Shown here: one piece after another, positions 45,651 to 58,909 of the stretch
Layout: the number at the start of each line of letters is the position of its first letter
Numbering within the stretch: the first letter of the stretch is position 1
Assembly (NCBI RefSeq): GCF_002854065.1
Contig: NZ_CP024147.1
DNA from: Escherichia coli
Lineage (GTDB): Bacteria; Pseudomonadota; Gammaproteobacteria; Enterobacterales; Enterobacteriaceae
Reading direction: 5' to 3' (one strand)
DNA length: 64,000 nucleotides
Made by a program: the position numbers and the translations under genes
The notes under the pieces: generated by a model
What the model was told of the DNA's origin: nothing
What the model saw: only the letters and a program-made list of their open reading frames with translations
Database searches by the model: none

Positions 45651-46130
45651 TTACCACTGGTTTAATTTACTAAATTTTCTTGCATGTAAAATTTCACGCA
45701 ACGTCTCCCCATCAGGAAACACCAACTCCGGCGCGATTTCAAACAGCGGCCACAGCATAAATCCACGATTTTTCATATCGTAGTGCGGAACGGTCAGTCG
45801 TTCAGTATTTATCACTTCATTACCAAACAGCATGATGTCGAGATCCAGCGTGCGCGGTCCCCAGCGTTCAGCTTTACGGACGCGACCTTGCTGCAATTCA
45901 ATACGCTGTGTGTGATTGAGTAGCTCTTCAGGTGCAAGAGAGGTTTCCAGCGCCACGGCTGCGTTTAAGTAATCGGGTTGATCTTGCGGCCCCAGCGGTG
46001 GAGTGCGGTAAAACGAAGAAACGGCAAGAATGTGGCTTTCAGGGATATCGCCTAATGCTTTCAGGGCAGCATTGACCTGCTCCAGCGGAGAGGCCAGATT
46101 GCTGCCTATGGCAATATACGCCACTGTCAT
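45651..46130 (-). CDS. folK: 6-hydroxymethyl-7,8-dihydropterin pyrophosphokinase
   Basis: 159-aa ORF; stop overlaps pcnB region. Confidence 0.93.
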
Positions 46131-47524
46131 GCGGTACCCTCACGACGTGGTGCGCGTTTGCGTGGACGACGAGTACGACGACGCGGTGACGGTTCTTCAT
46201 CCAGCTCGTTGAGCATCCCTTTTTGGTCTGGTGGCGCGGAAACCTGGAACTCACCCCACCATTTCACCAGACGCTGCAGTTCAGCGTTACGTTCAACTTC
46301 AGCTCGCAAGGCCAACAGGTCATAAGCCGCACGGAACTTAGGATGCTCCAGCAGTTTCCATGCGCGTTTACCCTGACGTCGGGACATACGCAACTGCAAC
46401 TGCCAGATATCGCGGGTTAACGTCGTCAGACGTTTCGGGATTGCCAGTGAACGGCAGGCTTCGTCCAGCACGTCGTTCATCGCCAGCGCGAAAGCGTCGT
46501 GATAGGTCAGGCCGCTTTCCTGGGCGATCTTCTGTGCCGTCTCCAGCAGTGGGTACCAGAACATGGCGGCAAACAGGAACGCCGGGTTCACGCGCATATC
46601 GTTATGGATACGCGTATCGGTATTCTTCAGCACCTGTTCAATGATCCGCTCCATCGGGCTGTCGCCATTTTCCGTGAAGTAGCGGGTAATGGTCGGGAAC
46701 AGCGGCTGGAACAGATGATATTCACACAACAGCTTATAGGTTTCGTAACCGTAGCCCGCTTGTAGCAGTTTAAGCGATTCTTCAAACAGGCGTGCCGGTG
46801 GGATATCGTTCAGCAGGGTAGCGAGGCGAGGGATCGGTTCTGCGGTTTCCGGGCTGATGCGCATACCCAATTTGGCGGCAAAACGTACCGCGCGCAGCAT
46901 ACGTACCGGATCTTCACGGTAGCGCGTTTCCGGGTTACCAATCAGACGGATAACGCCGTCCTTCAGATCCTTCATACCGCCAACGTAATCACGGACGGTA
47001 AAATCCGCTACGCTGTAATACAGGCTGTTGATAGTGAAATCGCGGCGCTGGGCGTCTTCTTCGATGGAGCCGAAAATGTTGTCGCGCAGCAACATGCCGT
47101 TTTGCCCGCGTTGGGAGGTCGTGCGGTCGCTGACGTTACCTTCGTGGTGTCCACGGAAGGTTGCAACTTCGATAATCTCCGGGCCAAACATCACATGAGC
47201 CAGACGGAAACGGCGACCTACCAGGCGGCAGTTACGGAACAGTTTGCGCACCTGCTCAGGCGTGGCGTTAGTGGTTACGTCAAAATCTTTCGGCTTTTTG
47301 CCGAGTAACAGGTCGCGCACGCCGCCGCCAACCAGCCAGGCTTCGTATCCCGCTTTATTGAGCCTGTACATTACCTTCAGGGCATTTTCACTGATATCTT
47401 TGCGGGAAATAGCATGCTGCTCACGCGGGATCACCGTCACCTGTGGACGGGCGACTGCCTGTTCAGCCTCGCTTTCCTCGCGGCTTAGCACCTTGCGGCA
47501 AAAATTAGCGACTCGGGTAAAAAT
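46127..47524 (-). CDS. pcnB: poly(A) polymerase I
   Basis: CCA-adding/poly(A) polymerase family ([10 protein letters not shown]); the conserved N-terminus [12 protein letters not shown]... has no in-frame ATG; start placed at the ATT codon 47524-47522. Confidence 0.88.
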
Positions 47525-47583
47525 AGTACACCTCGGTAGTGTCAAACATCATTCAGGACAAAAAAATAGCGGCTAATCATAGC

Positions 47584-48480
47584 TCAGCATGACGCATTTG
47601 AGAATGTTGAATTTACAATTGCCGACTCAGGCACTGCGGTAAGCCGCCAGTTTTTGACGGCTGACTGAAGGATTTGTTCGACGCTGAAATCCTGCCAGTG
47701 TGCTTCTACCTGCTGACCCAGAAATTGAAGTGCCGCGATTAGTACCGGACGTGGATCGCCTTTCGGCAACGCAGGCGCATGATTCTGCTTGGAAAGTTTA
47801 GCGCCTTGTGGATTAAGCGCCAGCGGCAGATGAATGTAATCTGGCACTTTCCAGCCAAAAAGCTGGTACAGCGAGATTTGCCGCACTGTCGGTTCGATCA
47901 AATCTGCCCCGCGGACAATTTCGCTCACGCCCTGGAAGTGATCATCCACCACCACCGCCAGGTTATAGGCAAACAAACCATCACGGCGATGAATAATAAA
48001 ATCTTCCCGTGCCAGTTTTTCGTCGGCGTGAATAATGCCTCGCAGCAGGTCAGTAAACTGGGTGACCGGATGCTGCTGGCGGATACGCACTGCGGCGTTG
48101 CCTGGTCCATGATGCAATTCCCGGCAATGACCGTCGTAAATACCGCCAATGCTTTGAATACGTGCACGCGTGCAGGTGCAGTAATAACTTAGTCCTTGCT
48201 CATGTAACCAGGCGAGTGCTTCGCGATAGGCGTGGTGACGTTGCGATTGCCAGAGAACATCGCCGTCCCAGTGCAGGCCGTAATGTTCCAGCTGGCGCAG
48301 GATAGTTTCTGCGGCACCGGGAACTTCACGAGGCGGGTCGATATCTTCTATGCGTACCAGCCAGCGACCTTGCCGGGCGCGAGCCTGCAAATAGCTGCCA
48401 AGCGCAGCAATCAGAGAACCAAAATGAAGCTCGCCGGAAGGAGAGGGGGCGAAGCGGCCAATATAGTGTGTGTCTGTCAT
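47584..48480 (-). CDS. gluQ: glutamyl-Q tRNA(Asp) synthetase
   Basis: Start taken at ATG 48480 ([23 protein letters not shown]..., 298 aa); class I aaRS HIGH-like motif. Confidence 0.88.
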   Translation of the reverse strand: MTDTHYIGRFAPSPSGELHFGSLIAALGSYLQARARQGRWLVRIEDIDPPREVPGAAETILRQLEHYGLHWDGDVLWQSQRHHAYREALAWLHEQGLSYYCTCTRARIQSIGGIYDGHCRELHHGPGNAAVRIRQQHPVTQFTDLLRGIIHADEKLAREDFIIHRRDGLFAYNLAVVVDDHFQGVSEIVRGADLIEPTVRQISLYQLFGWKVPDYIHLPLALNPQGAKLSKQNHAPALPKGDPRPVLIAALQFLGQQVEAHWQDFSVEQILQSAVKNWRLTAVPESAIVNSTFSNASC

Positions 48481-48546
48481 CTCTTTGAACAAAAAATAAG
48501 GCGGGAGCATTTCCCGCCTGTGGTAAACGTGATGGAACGGCTGTAA

Positions 48547-49002
48547 TTAGCCAGCCATCTGTTTTTCGCGAATTTCAGCCAGCGTTTTGCAGTCGATGCA
48601 CAGATCGGCTGTCGGGCGCGCTTCCAGACGGCGAATACCAATTTCAACACCGCAGGATTCGCAGTAGCCGAAATCTTCGTCTTCCACTTTTTTCAGCGTC
48701 TTCTCGATCTTTTTGATCAGCTTACGCTCGCGATCGCGGTTACGCAGTTCGAGGCTGAACTCTTCTTCCTGGGCTGCACGGTCTACCGGGTCCGGGAAGT
48801 TGGCTGCTTCATCCTGCATATGTGTAACGGTGCGATCGACTTCATCCCTGAGTTGATTACGCCATGCTTCCAGAATACGACGGAAGTGCGCCAGCTGGGC
48901 TTCATTCATATACTCTTCGCCCGGCTTCTCCTGATATGGTTCCACCCCAGCGATGGCGAGAATACTCAGGGACGATGTTTTACGGTTTTGCCCTTCTTGC
49001 AT
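48547..49002 (-). CDS. dksA: RNA polymerase-binding transcription factor DksA
   Basis: Start at ATG 49002 ([19 protein letters not shown]..., 151 aa); C4 zinc finger CESCG...CIDC. Confidence 0.95.
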   Translation of the reverse strand: MQEGQNRKTSSLSILAIAGVEPYQEKPGEEYMNEAQLAHFRRILEAWRNQLRDEVDRTVTHMQDEAANFPDPVDRAAQEEEFSLELRNRDRERKLIKKIEKTLKKVEDEDFGYCESCGVEIGIRRLEARPTADLCIDCKTLAEIREKQMAG

Positions 49003-49179
49003 GTTGCTTCTCCTTAACACGCACTATCGATCCCCATGTTCGGGGGAAAAATGAGGCCGCTATAAATAGCAGATGCTTTTCCGGATAGCAATTATCTAAA
49101 CGTAACACTTGACAACTGTGTGAGGAAAAGCGTATTTGCGCACGCGACCAGAATGTAAATTAACCAGTTACTTACTTTA

Positions 49180-50429
<1,250 letters not shown>

Positions 50430-50502
50430 GTGAGGCACTCGGTTATGAATTACCGCGATGCTACAATGTGGCGCGAAGAATGTTAACCCTCTGGAGCGTT
50501 TT

Positions 50503-52932
50503 GTGTCGTCGTTGCCCGTTGCTGCCGTCTTACCTGAATTACTTACCGCTCTCGATTGTGCGCCGCAGGTATTATTAAGTGCGCCGACCGGGGCCGGGAA
50601 ATCAACCTGGCTGCCGCTGCAACTGCTGGCGCATCCCGGCATTAACGGGAAAATTATCCTCCTGGAGCCGCGTCGTCTGGCGGCGCGTAACGTCGCGCAA
50701 CGGCTGGCGGAGCTGCTTAACGAAAAGCCAGGCGATACCGTTGGCTACCGGATGCGTGCGCAAAACTGCGTCGGGCCGAATACCCGCCTGGAAGTAGTTA
50801 CCGAAGGCGTGCTGACGCGGATGATCCAGCGTGACCCTGAGTTGAGCGGTGTTGGATTGGTGATCCTTGATGAATTTCATGAGCGTAGCTTGCAGGCGGA
50901 TTTGGCGTTGGCGCTGTTACTCGATGTGCAACAAGGTCTGCGTGATGACCTTAAACTGCTGATTATGTCGGCTACGCTGGACAACGACCGCTTGCAGCAA
51001 ATGCTGCCAGAAGCGCCCGTCGTCATCTCAGAAGGGCGCTCGTTTCCGGTTGAACACCGTTATTTACCGCTGCCCGCGCATCAGCGTTTTGACGAAGCCG
51101 TCGCGGTTGCCACCGCCGAAATGCTGCGTCAGGAAAGTGGATCATTACTGTTATTTTTACCTGGCGTCGGAGAAATTCAGCGTGTGCAGGAACAACTGGC
51201 TTCGCGCATCGGCAGTGATGTGTTGCTCTGCCCACTGTATGGCGCGTTGTCGCTGAACGATCAGCGAAAAGCGATCCTTCCGGCACCGCAAGGGATGCGC
51301 AAAGTGGTGCTGGCGACCAATATTGCTGAAACCAGTTTAACCATCGAAGGTATTCGTCTGGTGGTGGATTGTGCCCAGGAGCGTGTGGCGCGTTTTGATC
51401 CGCGCACGGGGCTTACGCGACTGATTACTCAACGCGTTAGCCAGGCATCCATGACGCAGCGTGCCGGGCGCGCCGGGCGTCTGGAGCCGGGTATCTGCCT
51501 GCATTTAATCGCCAAGGAACAAGCAGAACGCGCCGCGGCGCAAAGTGAACCGGAAATATTACAAAGCGATCTTTCCGGTTTGCTGATGGAATTACTGCAA
51601 TGGGGATGCAGCGATCCGGCGCAGATGAGCTGGCTGGATCAACCGCCAGCAGTGAATTTACTGGCCGCGAAACGCCTGTTAAAGATGCTGGGGGCGCTGG
51701 ACGGTGAACGGCTTAGTGCGCAGGGGCAAAAAATGGCAGCGCTGGGTAACGATCCGCGTTTAGCGGCAATGCTGGTTAGCGCAAAGAGCGACGACGAAGC
51801 TGCTACCGCGGCAAAAATTGCCGCCATTCTCGAAGAGCCGCCACGGATGGGCAATAGTGACCTGGGCGTGGCGTTTTCGCGCAATCAACCAGCCTGGCAG
51901 CAACGTAGTCAGCAACTGTTAAAACGCTTAAACGTACGCGGCGGTGAGGCAGACAGTTCGCTTATCGCGCCGCTACTTGCCGGGGCGTTTGCCGATCGCA
52001 TTGCTCGCCGCCGTGGGCAAGATGGACGCTATCAACTGGCAAACGGCATGGGGGCGATGCTTGATGCCGACGACGCGCTAAGTCGCCACGAATGGTTGAT
52101 CGCGCCGTTATTATTGCAGGGCAGCGCCTCGCCGGATGCGCGGATTTTACTGGCGTTACCGGTCGATATTGATGAATTAGTACAACGCTGTCCGCAGCTG
52201 GTGCAGCAATCTGACACCGTGGAATGGGATGACGCGCAAGGTACGCTGAAAGCCTGGCGTCGGCTGCAAATCGGTCAGTTGACGGTGAAAGTGCAGCCGT
52301 TGGCGAAACCGTCAGAAGACGAGTTGCATCAGGCGATGCTTAACGGCATCCGTGATAAAGGTTTAAGCGTGCTCAACTGGACGGCGGAAGCGGAACAGCT
52401 ACGCTTGCGTTTGTTATGCGCCGGAAAGTGGTTGCCAGAATATGACTGGCCAGCGGTTGATGATGAAAGTTTGTTGGCGACGCTGGAAACGTGGCTGCTG
52501 CCACATATGGCCGGTGTACATTCACTACGCGGCCTGAAATCACTCGACATTTATCAGGCACTACGCGGATTACTTGATTGGGGAATGCAGCAACGTCTGG
52601 ATAGTGAATTGCCTGCGCATTACACTGTGCCGACGGGAAGCCGGATCGCCATTCGTTATCATGAAGATAACCCGCCCGCGCTGGCGGTGAGAATGCAGGA
52701 GATGTTTGGTGAGGCCACCAATCCGACGATCGCCCAGGGGCGCGTGCCGCTGGTGCTGGAGTTGCTTTCCCCTGCCCAAAGGCCGCTGCAAATCACGCGT
52801 GATTTGGGGGCCTTCTGGAAAGGGGCGTATCGTGAGGTGCAAAAGGAGATGAAAGGGCGTTATCCCAAACACGTCTGGCCGGACGACCCGGCAAACACGG
52901 CACCGACGCGACGGACGAAAAAGTATTCGTAA
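50503..52932 (+). CDS. hrpB: DEAH-box ATP-dependent RNA helicase
   Basis: Start taken at GTG 50503 (VSSLPVAAVLPELL..., 809 aa); Walker A APTGAGKST, DEFH box. Confidence 0.9.
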   Translation: MSSLPVAAVLPELLTALDCAPQVLLSAPTGAGKSTWLPLQLLAHPGINGKIILLEPRRLAARNVAQRLAELLNEKPGDTVGYRMRAQNCVGPNTRLEVVTEGVLTRMIQRDPELSGVGLVILDEFHERSLQADLALALLLDVQQGLRDDLKLLIMSATLDNDRLQQMLPEAPVVISEGRSFPVEHRYLPLPAHQRFDEAVAVATAEMLRQESGSLLLFLPGVGEIQRVQEQLASRIGSDVLLCPLYGALSLNDQRKAILPAPQGMRKVVLATNIAETSLTIEGIRLVVDCAQERVARFDPRTGLTRLITQRVSQASMTQRAGRAGRLEPGICLHLIAKEQAERAAAQSEPEILQSDLSGLLMELLQWGCSDPAQMSWLDQPPAVNLLAAKRLLKMLGALDGERLSAQGQKMAALGNDPRLAAMLVSAKSDDEAATAAKIAAILEEPPRMGNSDLGVAFSRNQPAWQQRSQQLLKRLNVRGGEADSSLIAPLLAGAFADRIARRRGQDGRYQLANGMGAMLDADDALSRHEWLIAPLLLQGSASPDARILLALPVDIDELVQRCPQLVQQSDTVEWDDAQGTLKAWRRLQIGQLTVKVQPLAKPSEDELHQAMLNGIRDKGLSVLNWTAEAEQLRLRLLCAGKWLPEYDWPAVDDESLLATLETWLLPHMAGVHSLRGLKSLDIYQALRGLLDWGMQQRLDSELPAHYTVPTGSRIAIRYHEDNPPALAVRMQEMFGEATNPTIAQGRVPLVLELLSPAQRPLQITRDLGAFWKGAYREVQKEMKGRYPKHVWPDDPANTAPTRRTKKYS

Positions 52933-53063
52933 GGTTGGTTTTCTCCCTCTCCCTGTGGGAGAGGGGACCGATCGAGCACAAATTTTGAGAGATATCTTCT
53001 TCTGTCTTGTAACAGAAGAACAGAAAATCGGGCTTTTGCGCCTGAATATTGCGGAGAAAAAGC

Positions 53064-55598
53064 ATGGCCGGGAATGACCGCGAGCCAATTGGACGCAAAG
53101 GGAAACCGACGCGTCCGGTCAAACAAAAGGTAAGCCGTCGTCGTTACGAAGATGACGATGATTACGACGATTATGATGACTATGAGGATGAAGAACCGAT
53201 GCCGCGCAAAGGTAAGGGCAAAGGCAAAGGGCGTAAGCCTCGTGGCAAACGCGGCTGGCTATGGCTGCTGTTAAAACTGGCTATCGTTTTTGCCGTGCTG
53301 ATCGCCATTTACGGCGTTTATCTCGATCAAAAAATTCGTAGCCGTATTGATGGCAAGGTCTGGCAACTGCCTGCGGCAGTTTATGGTCGAATGGTCAACC
53401 TTGAGCCAGACATGACCATCAGCAAGAACGAGATGGTGAAGCTGCTGGAGGCAACACAGTATCGTCAGGTGTCGAAAATGACCCGTCCTGGCGAATTTAC
53501 TGTGCAGGCTAACAGCATTGAGATGATCCGCCGTCCGTTTGATTTCCCGGACAGCAAAGAAGGGCAGGTGCGTGCGCGTCTGACCTTTGATGGCGATCAT
53601 CTGGCGACCATCGTCAATATGGAGAACAACCGTCAGTTCGGTTTCTTCCGTCTTGATCCGCGCCTGATCACCATGATCTCCTCACCAAACGGTGAGCAAC
53701 GTCTGTTTGTGCCGCGCAGTGGTTTCCCGGATTTGCTGGTGGATACTTTGCTGGCGACAGAAGACCGTCATTTTTACGAGCATGATGGGATCAGTCTCTA
53801 CTCCATCGGACGTGCGGTGCTGGCAAACCTGACAGCCGGACGCACGGTGCAGGGGGCGAGTACGCTGACGCAACAGCTGGTGAAAAACCTGTTCCTCTCC
53901 AGCGAGCGCTCTTATTGGCGTAAAGCGAATGAAGCCTACATGGCGCTGATCATGGACGCGCGTTACAGCAAAGACCGTATTCTTGAGCTGTATATGAACG
54001 AGGTGTATCTCGGTCAGAGCGGCGACAACGAAATCCGCGGCTTCCCGCTGGCGAGCTTGTATTACTTTGGTCGCCCGGTAGAAGAATTGAGCCTCGATCA
54101 GCAGGCGCTGTTAGTCGGTATGGTGAAAGGAGCGTCCATCTACAACCCGTGGCGTAACCCGAAACTGGCGCTGGAGCGACGTAATCTGGTACTGCGTCTG
54201 CTGCAACAGCAACAGATTATTGATCAAGAACTCTATGACATGTTGAGTGCGCGTCCGCTGGGTGTTCAGCCGCGCGGTGGGGTGATCTCTCCTCAGCCAG
54301 CCTTTATGCAACTGGTGCGTCAGGAGCTTCAGGCTAAATTAGGCGATAAGGTAAAAGATCTCTCCGGCGTGAAGATCTTCACTACCTTTGACTCGGTGGC
54401 CCAGGACGCGGCAGAAAAAGCCGCCGTGGAAGGCATTCCTGCACTGAAGAAACAGCGTAAGTTGAGCGATCTGGAAACCGCGATTGTGGTCGTCGACCGC
54501 TTTAGTGGTGAAGTTCGTGCGATGGTCGGAGGTTCTGAGCCGCAGTTTGCGGGCTACAACCGTGCGATGCAGGCGCGGCGTTCGATTGGTTCCCTTGCAA
54601 AACCAGCGACTTATCTGACGGCTTTAAGCCAGCCGAAAATCTATCGTCTGAATACGTGGATTGCGGATGCGCCAATCGCGCTACGTCAGCCGAATGGCCA
54701 GGTCTGGTCACCGCAGAACGATGACCGTCGTTATAGCGAAAGCGGCAGAGTGATGCTGGTGGATGCGTTGACCCGTTCGATGAACGTGCCGACGGTAAAT
54801 CTGGGGATGGCGCTGGGGCTGCCTACGGTTACGGATACCTGGATTAAACTGGGCGTACCGAAAGATCAGTTGCATCCGGTTCCGGCAATGCTGCTGGGGG
54901 CGTTGAACTTAACGCCAATCGAAGTGGCGCAGGCATTCCAGACCATCGCCAGCGGTGGTAACCGTGCACCGCTTTCTGCGCTGCGTTCGGTAATCGCGGA
55001 AGATGGTAAGGTGCTGTATCAGAGCTTCCCGCAGGCAGAACGCGCTGTTCCGGCACAGGCGGCGTATCTGACACTATGGACCATGCAGCAGGTGGTACAA
55101 CGTGGTACGGGTCGTCAGCTTGGGGCGAAATACCCGAACCTGCATCTGGCAGGGAAAACAGGGACTACCAACAATAACGTAGATACATGGTTTGCGGGCA
55201 TTGACGGCAGCACGGTGACCATCACCTGGGTCGGCCGTGATAACAACCAGCCGACCAAACTGTATGGTGCCAGCGGGGCAATGTCGATTTATCAGCGTTA
55301 TCTGGCTAACCAGACGCCAACGCCGCTGAATCTTGTTCCGCCAGAAGATATTGCAGATATGGGCGTGGACTACGACGGCAACTTTGTTTGCAGCGGTGGC
55401 ATGCGTGTCTTGCCGGTCTGGACCAGCGATCCGCAATCGCTGTGCCAGCAGAGTGAGATGCAGCAGCAGCCGTCAGGCAATCCGTTTGATCAGTCTTCTC
55501 AGCCGCAGCAACAGCCGCAACAGCAACCTGCTCAGCAAGAGCAGAAAGACAGCGACGGTGTAGCCGGTTGGATTAAAGATATGTTTGGTAGTAATTAA
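53064..55598 (+). CDS. mrcB: penicillin-binding protein 1B (bifunctional glycosyltransferase/transpeptidase)
   Basis: Start at ATG 53064 ([14 protein letters not shown]..., 844 aa); acidic N-terminal tract, TM helix, glycosyltransferase and transpeptidase motifs. Confidence 0.95.
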   Translation: MAGNDREPIGRKGKPTRPVKQKVSRRRYEDDDDYDDYDDYEDEEPMPRKGKGKGKGRKPRGKRGWLWLLLKLAIVFAVLIAIYGVYLDQKIRSRIDGKVWQLPAAVYGRMVNLEPDMTISKNEMVKLLEATQYRQVSKMTRPGEFTVQANSIEMIRRPFDFPDSKEGQVRARLTFDGDHLATIVNMENNRQFGFFRLDPRLITMISSPNGEQRLFVPRSGFPDLLVDTLLATEDRHFYEHDGISLYSIGRAVLANLTAGRTVQGASTLTQQLVKNLFLSSERSYWRKANEAYMALIMDARYSKDRILELYMNEVYLGQSGDNEIRGFPLASLYYFGRPVEELSLDQQALLVGMVKGASIYNPWRNPKLALERRNLVLRLLQQQQIIDQELYDMLSARPLGVQPRGGVISPQPAFMQLVRQELQAKLGDKVKDLSGVKIFTTFDSVAQDAAEKAAVEGIPALKKQRKLSDLETAIVVVDRFSGEVRAMVGGSEPQFAGYNRAMQARRSIGSLAKPATYLTALSQPKIYRLNTWIADAPIALRQPNGQVWSPQNDDRRYSESGRVMLVDALTRSMNVPTVNLGMALGLPTVTDTWIKLGVPKDQLHPVPAMLLGALNLTPIEVAQAFQTIASGGNRAPLSALRSVIAEDGKVLYQSFPQAERAVPAQAAYLTLWTMQQVVQRGTGRQLGAKYPNLHLAGKTGTTNNNVDTWFAGIDGSTVTITWVGRDNNQPTKLYGASGAMSIYQRYLANQTPTPLNLVPPEDIADMGVDYDGNFVCSGGMRVLPVWTSDPQSLCQQSEMQQQPSGNPFDQSSQPQQQPQQQPAQQEQKDSDGVAGWIKDMFGSN

Positions 55599-55763
55599 CG
55601 TCTAAACGTGACATACCGGATGGCGAGTTGCCATCCGGTAAAATAACATCCCACCTAAAGTATTAACCCTTTCTTTTCATCTGGTTGTTTATTAACCCTT
55701 CAGGAACGCTCAGATTGCGTACCGCTTGCGAACCCGCCAGCGTTTCGAATATTATCTTACCTT

Positions 55764-55779
55764 TATAATAATCATTCTC
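55764..55779. promoter_or_regulatory. candidate Fur box upstream of fhuA
   Basis: TATAATAATCATTCTC resembles the Fur consensus GATAATGATAATCATTATC; about 40 bp upstream of the fhuA ATG. Confidence 0.5.
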
Positions 55780-55817
55780 GTTTACGTTATCATTCACTTT
55801 ACATCAGAGATATACCA

Positions 55818-58061
55818 ATGGCGCGTTCCAAAACTGCTCAGCCAAAACACTCACTGCGTAAAATCGCAGTTGTAGTAGCCACAGCGGTTAGCGGCATGTC
55901 TGTTTATGCACAGGCAGCGGTTGAACCGAAAGAAGACACTATCACCGTTACCGCTGCACCTGCGCCGCAAGAAAGCGCATGGGGGCCTGCTGCAACTATT
56001 GCGGCGCGACAGTCAGCTACCGGCACTAAAACCGATACGCCGATTCAAAAAGTGCCACAGTCTATTTCTGTTGTGACCGCTGAAGAGATGGCGCTGCATC
56101 AGCCTAAGTCGGTGAAAGAAGCGCTTAGCTACACGCCGGGTGTCTCTGTTGGTACGCGTGGCGCATCCAACACCTATGACCACCTGATCATTCGCGGTTT
56201 TGCGGCAGAAGGCCAAAGCCAGAATAACTATCTGAATGGCCTGAAGTTGCAGGGCAACTTCTATAACGATGCGGTCATTGATCCGTATATGCTGGAACGC
56301 GCTGAAATTATGCGTGGCCCGGTTTCCGTGCTTTACGGTAAAAGCAGTCCTGGCGGCCTGTTGAATATGGTCAGCAAGCGTCCGACCACCGAACCGCTGA
56401 AAGAAGTTCAGTTTAAAGCCGGTACTGACAGCCTGTTCCAGACTGGTTTTGACTTTAGCGATGCACTGGATGATGACGGCGTTTACTCTTATCGCCTGAC
56501 CGGCCTTGCGCGTTCTGCCAATGCCCAGCAGAAAGGGTCAGAAGAGCAGCGTTATGCTATTGCACCGGCGTTCACTTGGCGTCCGGATGATAAAACCAAT
56601 TTCACCTTCCTTTCTTACTTCCAGAACGAGCCGGAAACCGGTTATTACGGCTGGTTGCCGAAAGAGGGAACCGTTGAGCCGCTGCCGAACGGTAAGCGTC
56701 TGCCGACAGACTTTAATGAAGGGGCGAAGAACAACACCTATTCACGTAATGAGAAGATGGTGGGCTACAGCTTCGATCACGAATTTAACGACACCTTTAC
56801 TGTGCGTCAGAACCTGCGCTTTGCTGAAAACAAAACCTCGCAAAACAGCGTTTATGGTTACGGCGTCTGCTCCGATCCGGCGAATGCTTACAGCAAACAG
56901 TGTGCGGCATTAGCGCCAGCGGATAAAGGCCATTATCTGGCACGTAAATACGTCGTTGATGATGAGAAGCTGCAAAACTTCTCTGTTGATACCCAGTTGC
57001 AGAGCAAGTTTGCCACTGGCGATATCGACCACACCCTGCTGACCGGTGTCGACTTTATGCGTATGCGTAATGACATCAACGCCTGGTTTGGTTACGACGA
57101 CTCTGTGCCACTGCTCAATCTGTACAATCCGGTGAATACCGATTTCGACTTCAATGCCAAAGATCCGGCAAACTCCGGCCCTTACCGCATTCTGAATAAA
57201 CAGAAACAAACGGGCGTTTATGTTCAGGATCAGGCGCAGTGGGATAAAGTGCTGGTCACCCTGGGCGGTCGTTATGACTGGGCAGATCAAGAATCTCTTA
57301 ACCGCGTTGCCGGGACGACCGATAAACGTGATGACAAACAGTTTACCTGGCGTGGTGGTGTTAACTACCTGTTTGATAATGGCGTAACACCTTACTTCAG
57401 CTATAGCGAATCGTTTGAACCTTCTTCGCAAGTTGGGAAGGATGGTAATATTTTCGCACCGTCTAAAGGTAAGCAGTATGAAGTCGGCGTGAAATATGTA
57501 CCGGAAGATCGTCCGATTGTAGTTACTGGTGCCGTGTATAATCTCACTAAAACCAACAACCTGATGGCGGACCCTGAGGGTTCCTTCTTCTCGGTTGAAG
57601 GTGGCGAGATCCGCGCACGTGGCGTAGAAATCGAAGCGAAAGCGGCGCTGTCGGCGAGTGTTAACGTAGTCGGTTCTTATACTTACACCGATGCGGAATA
57701 CACCACCGATACTACCTATAAAGGCAATACGCCGGCACAGGTGCCAAAACACATGGCTTCGCTGTGGGCTGACTATACCTTCTTTGACGGTCCGCTTTCA
57801 GGTCTGACGCTGGGCACCGGTGGTCGTTATACTGGCTCCAGCTATGGTGATCCGGCTAACTCCTTTAAAGTGGGAAGTTATACGGTCGTGGATGCGTTAG
57901 TGCGTTATGATCTGGCGCGAGTCGGCATGGCGGGCTCCAACGTGGCGCTGCATGTTAACAACCTGTTCGATCGTGAATACGTCGCCAGCTGCTTTAACAC
58001 TTATGGCTGCTTCTGGGGCGCAGAACGTCAGGTCGTTGCAACCGCAACCTTCCGTTTCTAA
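55818..58061 (+). CDS. fhuA: ferrichrome outer-membrane TonB-dependent receptor
   Basis: 747-aa ORF with signal peptide, TonB box DTITVTA and C-terminal aromatic residue (ATFRF). Confidence 0.97.
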   Translation: MARSKTAQPKHSLRKIAVVVATAVSGMSVYAQAAVEPKEDTITVTAAPAPQESAWGPAATIAARQSATGTKTDTPIQKVPQSISVVTAEEMALHQPKSVKEALSYTPGVSVGTRGASNTYDHLIIRGFAAEGQSQNNYLNGLKLQGNFYNDAVIDPYMLERAEIMRGPVSVLYGKSSPGGLLNMVSKRPTTEPLKEVQFKAGTDSLFQTGFDFSDALDDDGVYSYRLTGLARSANAQQKGSEEQRYAIAPAFTWRPDDKTNFTFLSYFQNEPETGYYGWLPKEGTVEPLPNGKRLPTDFNEGAKNNTYSRNEKMVGYSFDHEFNDTFTVRQNLRFAENKTSQNSVYGYGVCSDPANAYSKQCAALAPADKGHYLARKYVVDDEKLQNFSVDTQLQSKFATGDIDHTLLTGVDFMRMRNDINAWFGYDDSVPLLNLYNPVNTDFDFNAKDPANSGPYRILNKQKQTGVYVQDQAQWDKVLVTLGGRYDWADQESLNRVAGTTDKRDDKQFTWRGGVNYLFDNGVTPYFSYSESFEPSSQVGKDGNIFAPSKGKQYEVGVKYVPEDRPIVVTGAVYNLTKTNNLMADPEGSFFSVEGGEIRARGVEIEAKAALSASVNVVGSYTYTDAEYTTDTTYKGNTPAQVPKHMASLWADYTFFDGPLSGLTLGTGGRYTGSSYGDPANSFKVGSYTVVDALVRYDLARVGMAGSNVALHVNNLFDREYVASCFNTYGCFWGAERQVVATATFRF

Positions 58062-58111
58062 TTTCTCTTTTGGGGCACGGATTTCCGTGCCCATTTCACA
58101 AGTTGGCTGTT

Positions 58112-58909
58112 ATGCAGGAATACACGAATCATTCCGATACCACTTTTGCACTGCGTAATATCTCCTTTCGTGTGCCCGGGCGCACGCTTTTGCATCCGCT
58201 GTCGTTAACCTTTCCTGCTGGGAAAGTGACCGGTCTGATTGGTCACAACGGTTCTGGTAAATCCACTCTGCTCAAAATGCTTGGCCGTCATCAGCCTCCG
58301 TCAGAAGGGGAGATTCTTCTTGATGCCCAGCCGCTGGAAAACTGGAGCAGCAAAGCGTTCGCCCGCAAAGTGGCTTATTTGCCGCAGCAGCTTCCTCCGG
58401 CAGAAGGGATGACCGTGCGTGAACTGGTGGCGATTGGTCGTTACCCGTGGCATGGCGCGCTGGGGCGCTTTGGGGCGGCAGATCGCGAAAAAGTCGAGGA
58501 AGCTATCTCGCTGGTTGGCTTAAAACCGCTGGCGCATCGGCTGGTCGATAGCCTCTCTGGCGGCGAACGTCAGCGGGCGTGGATCGCCATGCTGGTGGCG
58601 CAGGATAGCCGTTGTCTGTTGCTCGACGAGCCAACCTCGGCGCTGGATATCGCTCACCAGGTTGATGTGCTGGCACTGGTGCATCGTTTAAGTCAGGAAC
58701 GTGGCCTGACGGTCATTGCCGTGCTGCACGATATCAATATGGCTGCGCGTTACTGTGATTATCTGGTCGCCCTGCGCGGCGGTGAAATGATTGCTCAGGG
58801 AACGCCTGCGGAAATTATGCGCGGCGAAACCCTCGAAATGATTTATGGCATCCCGATGGGTATTTTGCCGCATCCGGCGGGTGCTGCACCTGTGAGTTTT
58901 GTTTATTGA
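58112..58909 (+). CDS. fhuC: ferric hydroxamate ABC transporter ATPase
   Basis: Start at ATG 58112 (MQEYTNHSDTTFALRNISF..., 265 aa); Walker A GHNGSGKST. Confidence 0.95.
   Translation: MQEYTNHSDTTFALRNISFRVPGRTLLHPLSLTFPAGKVTGLIGHNGSGKSTLLKMLGRHQPPSEGEILLDAQPLENWSSKAFARKVAYLPQQLPPAEGMTVRELVAIGRYPWHGALGRFGAADREKVEEAISLVGLKPLAHRLVDSLSGGERQRAWIAMLVAQDSRCLLLDEPTSALDIAHQVDVLALVHRLSQERGLTVIAVLHDINMAARYCDYLVALRGGEMIAQGTPAEIMRGETLEMIYGIPMGILPHPAGAAPVSFVY

Noticed and set aside
52933-53063. Two hairpins (TCCCTCTCCC...GGGAGAGGGGA and TTCTTCTG...CAGAAGAA) between hrpB and mrcB, considered as a REP element or small RNA
   Set aside because: No match to the REP consensus core that I can recognise and no promoter or terminator pairing; more likely an hrpB terminator and mrcB leader structure
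56910-57752. 280-aa ORF antisense to fhuA
   Set aside because: Embedded in the fhuA beta-barrel coding region on the opposite strand
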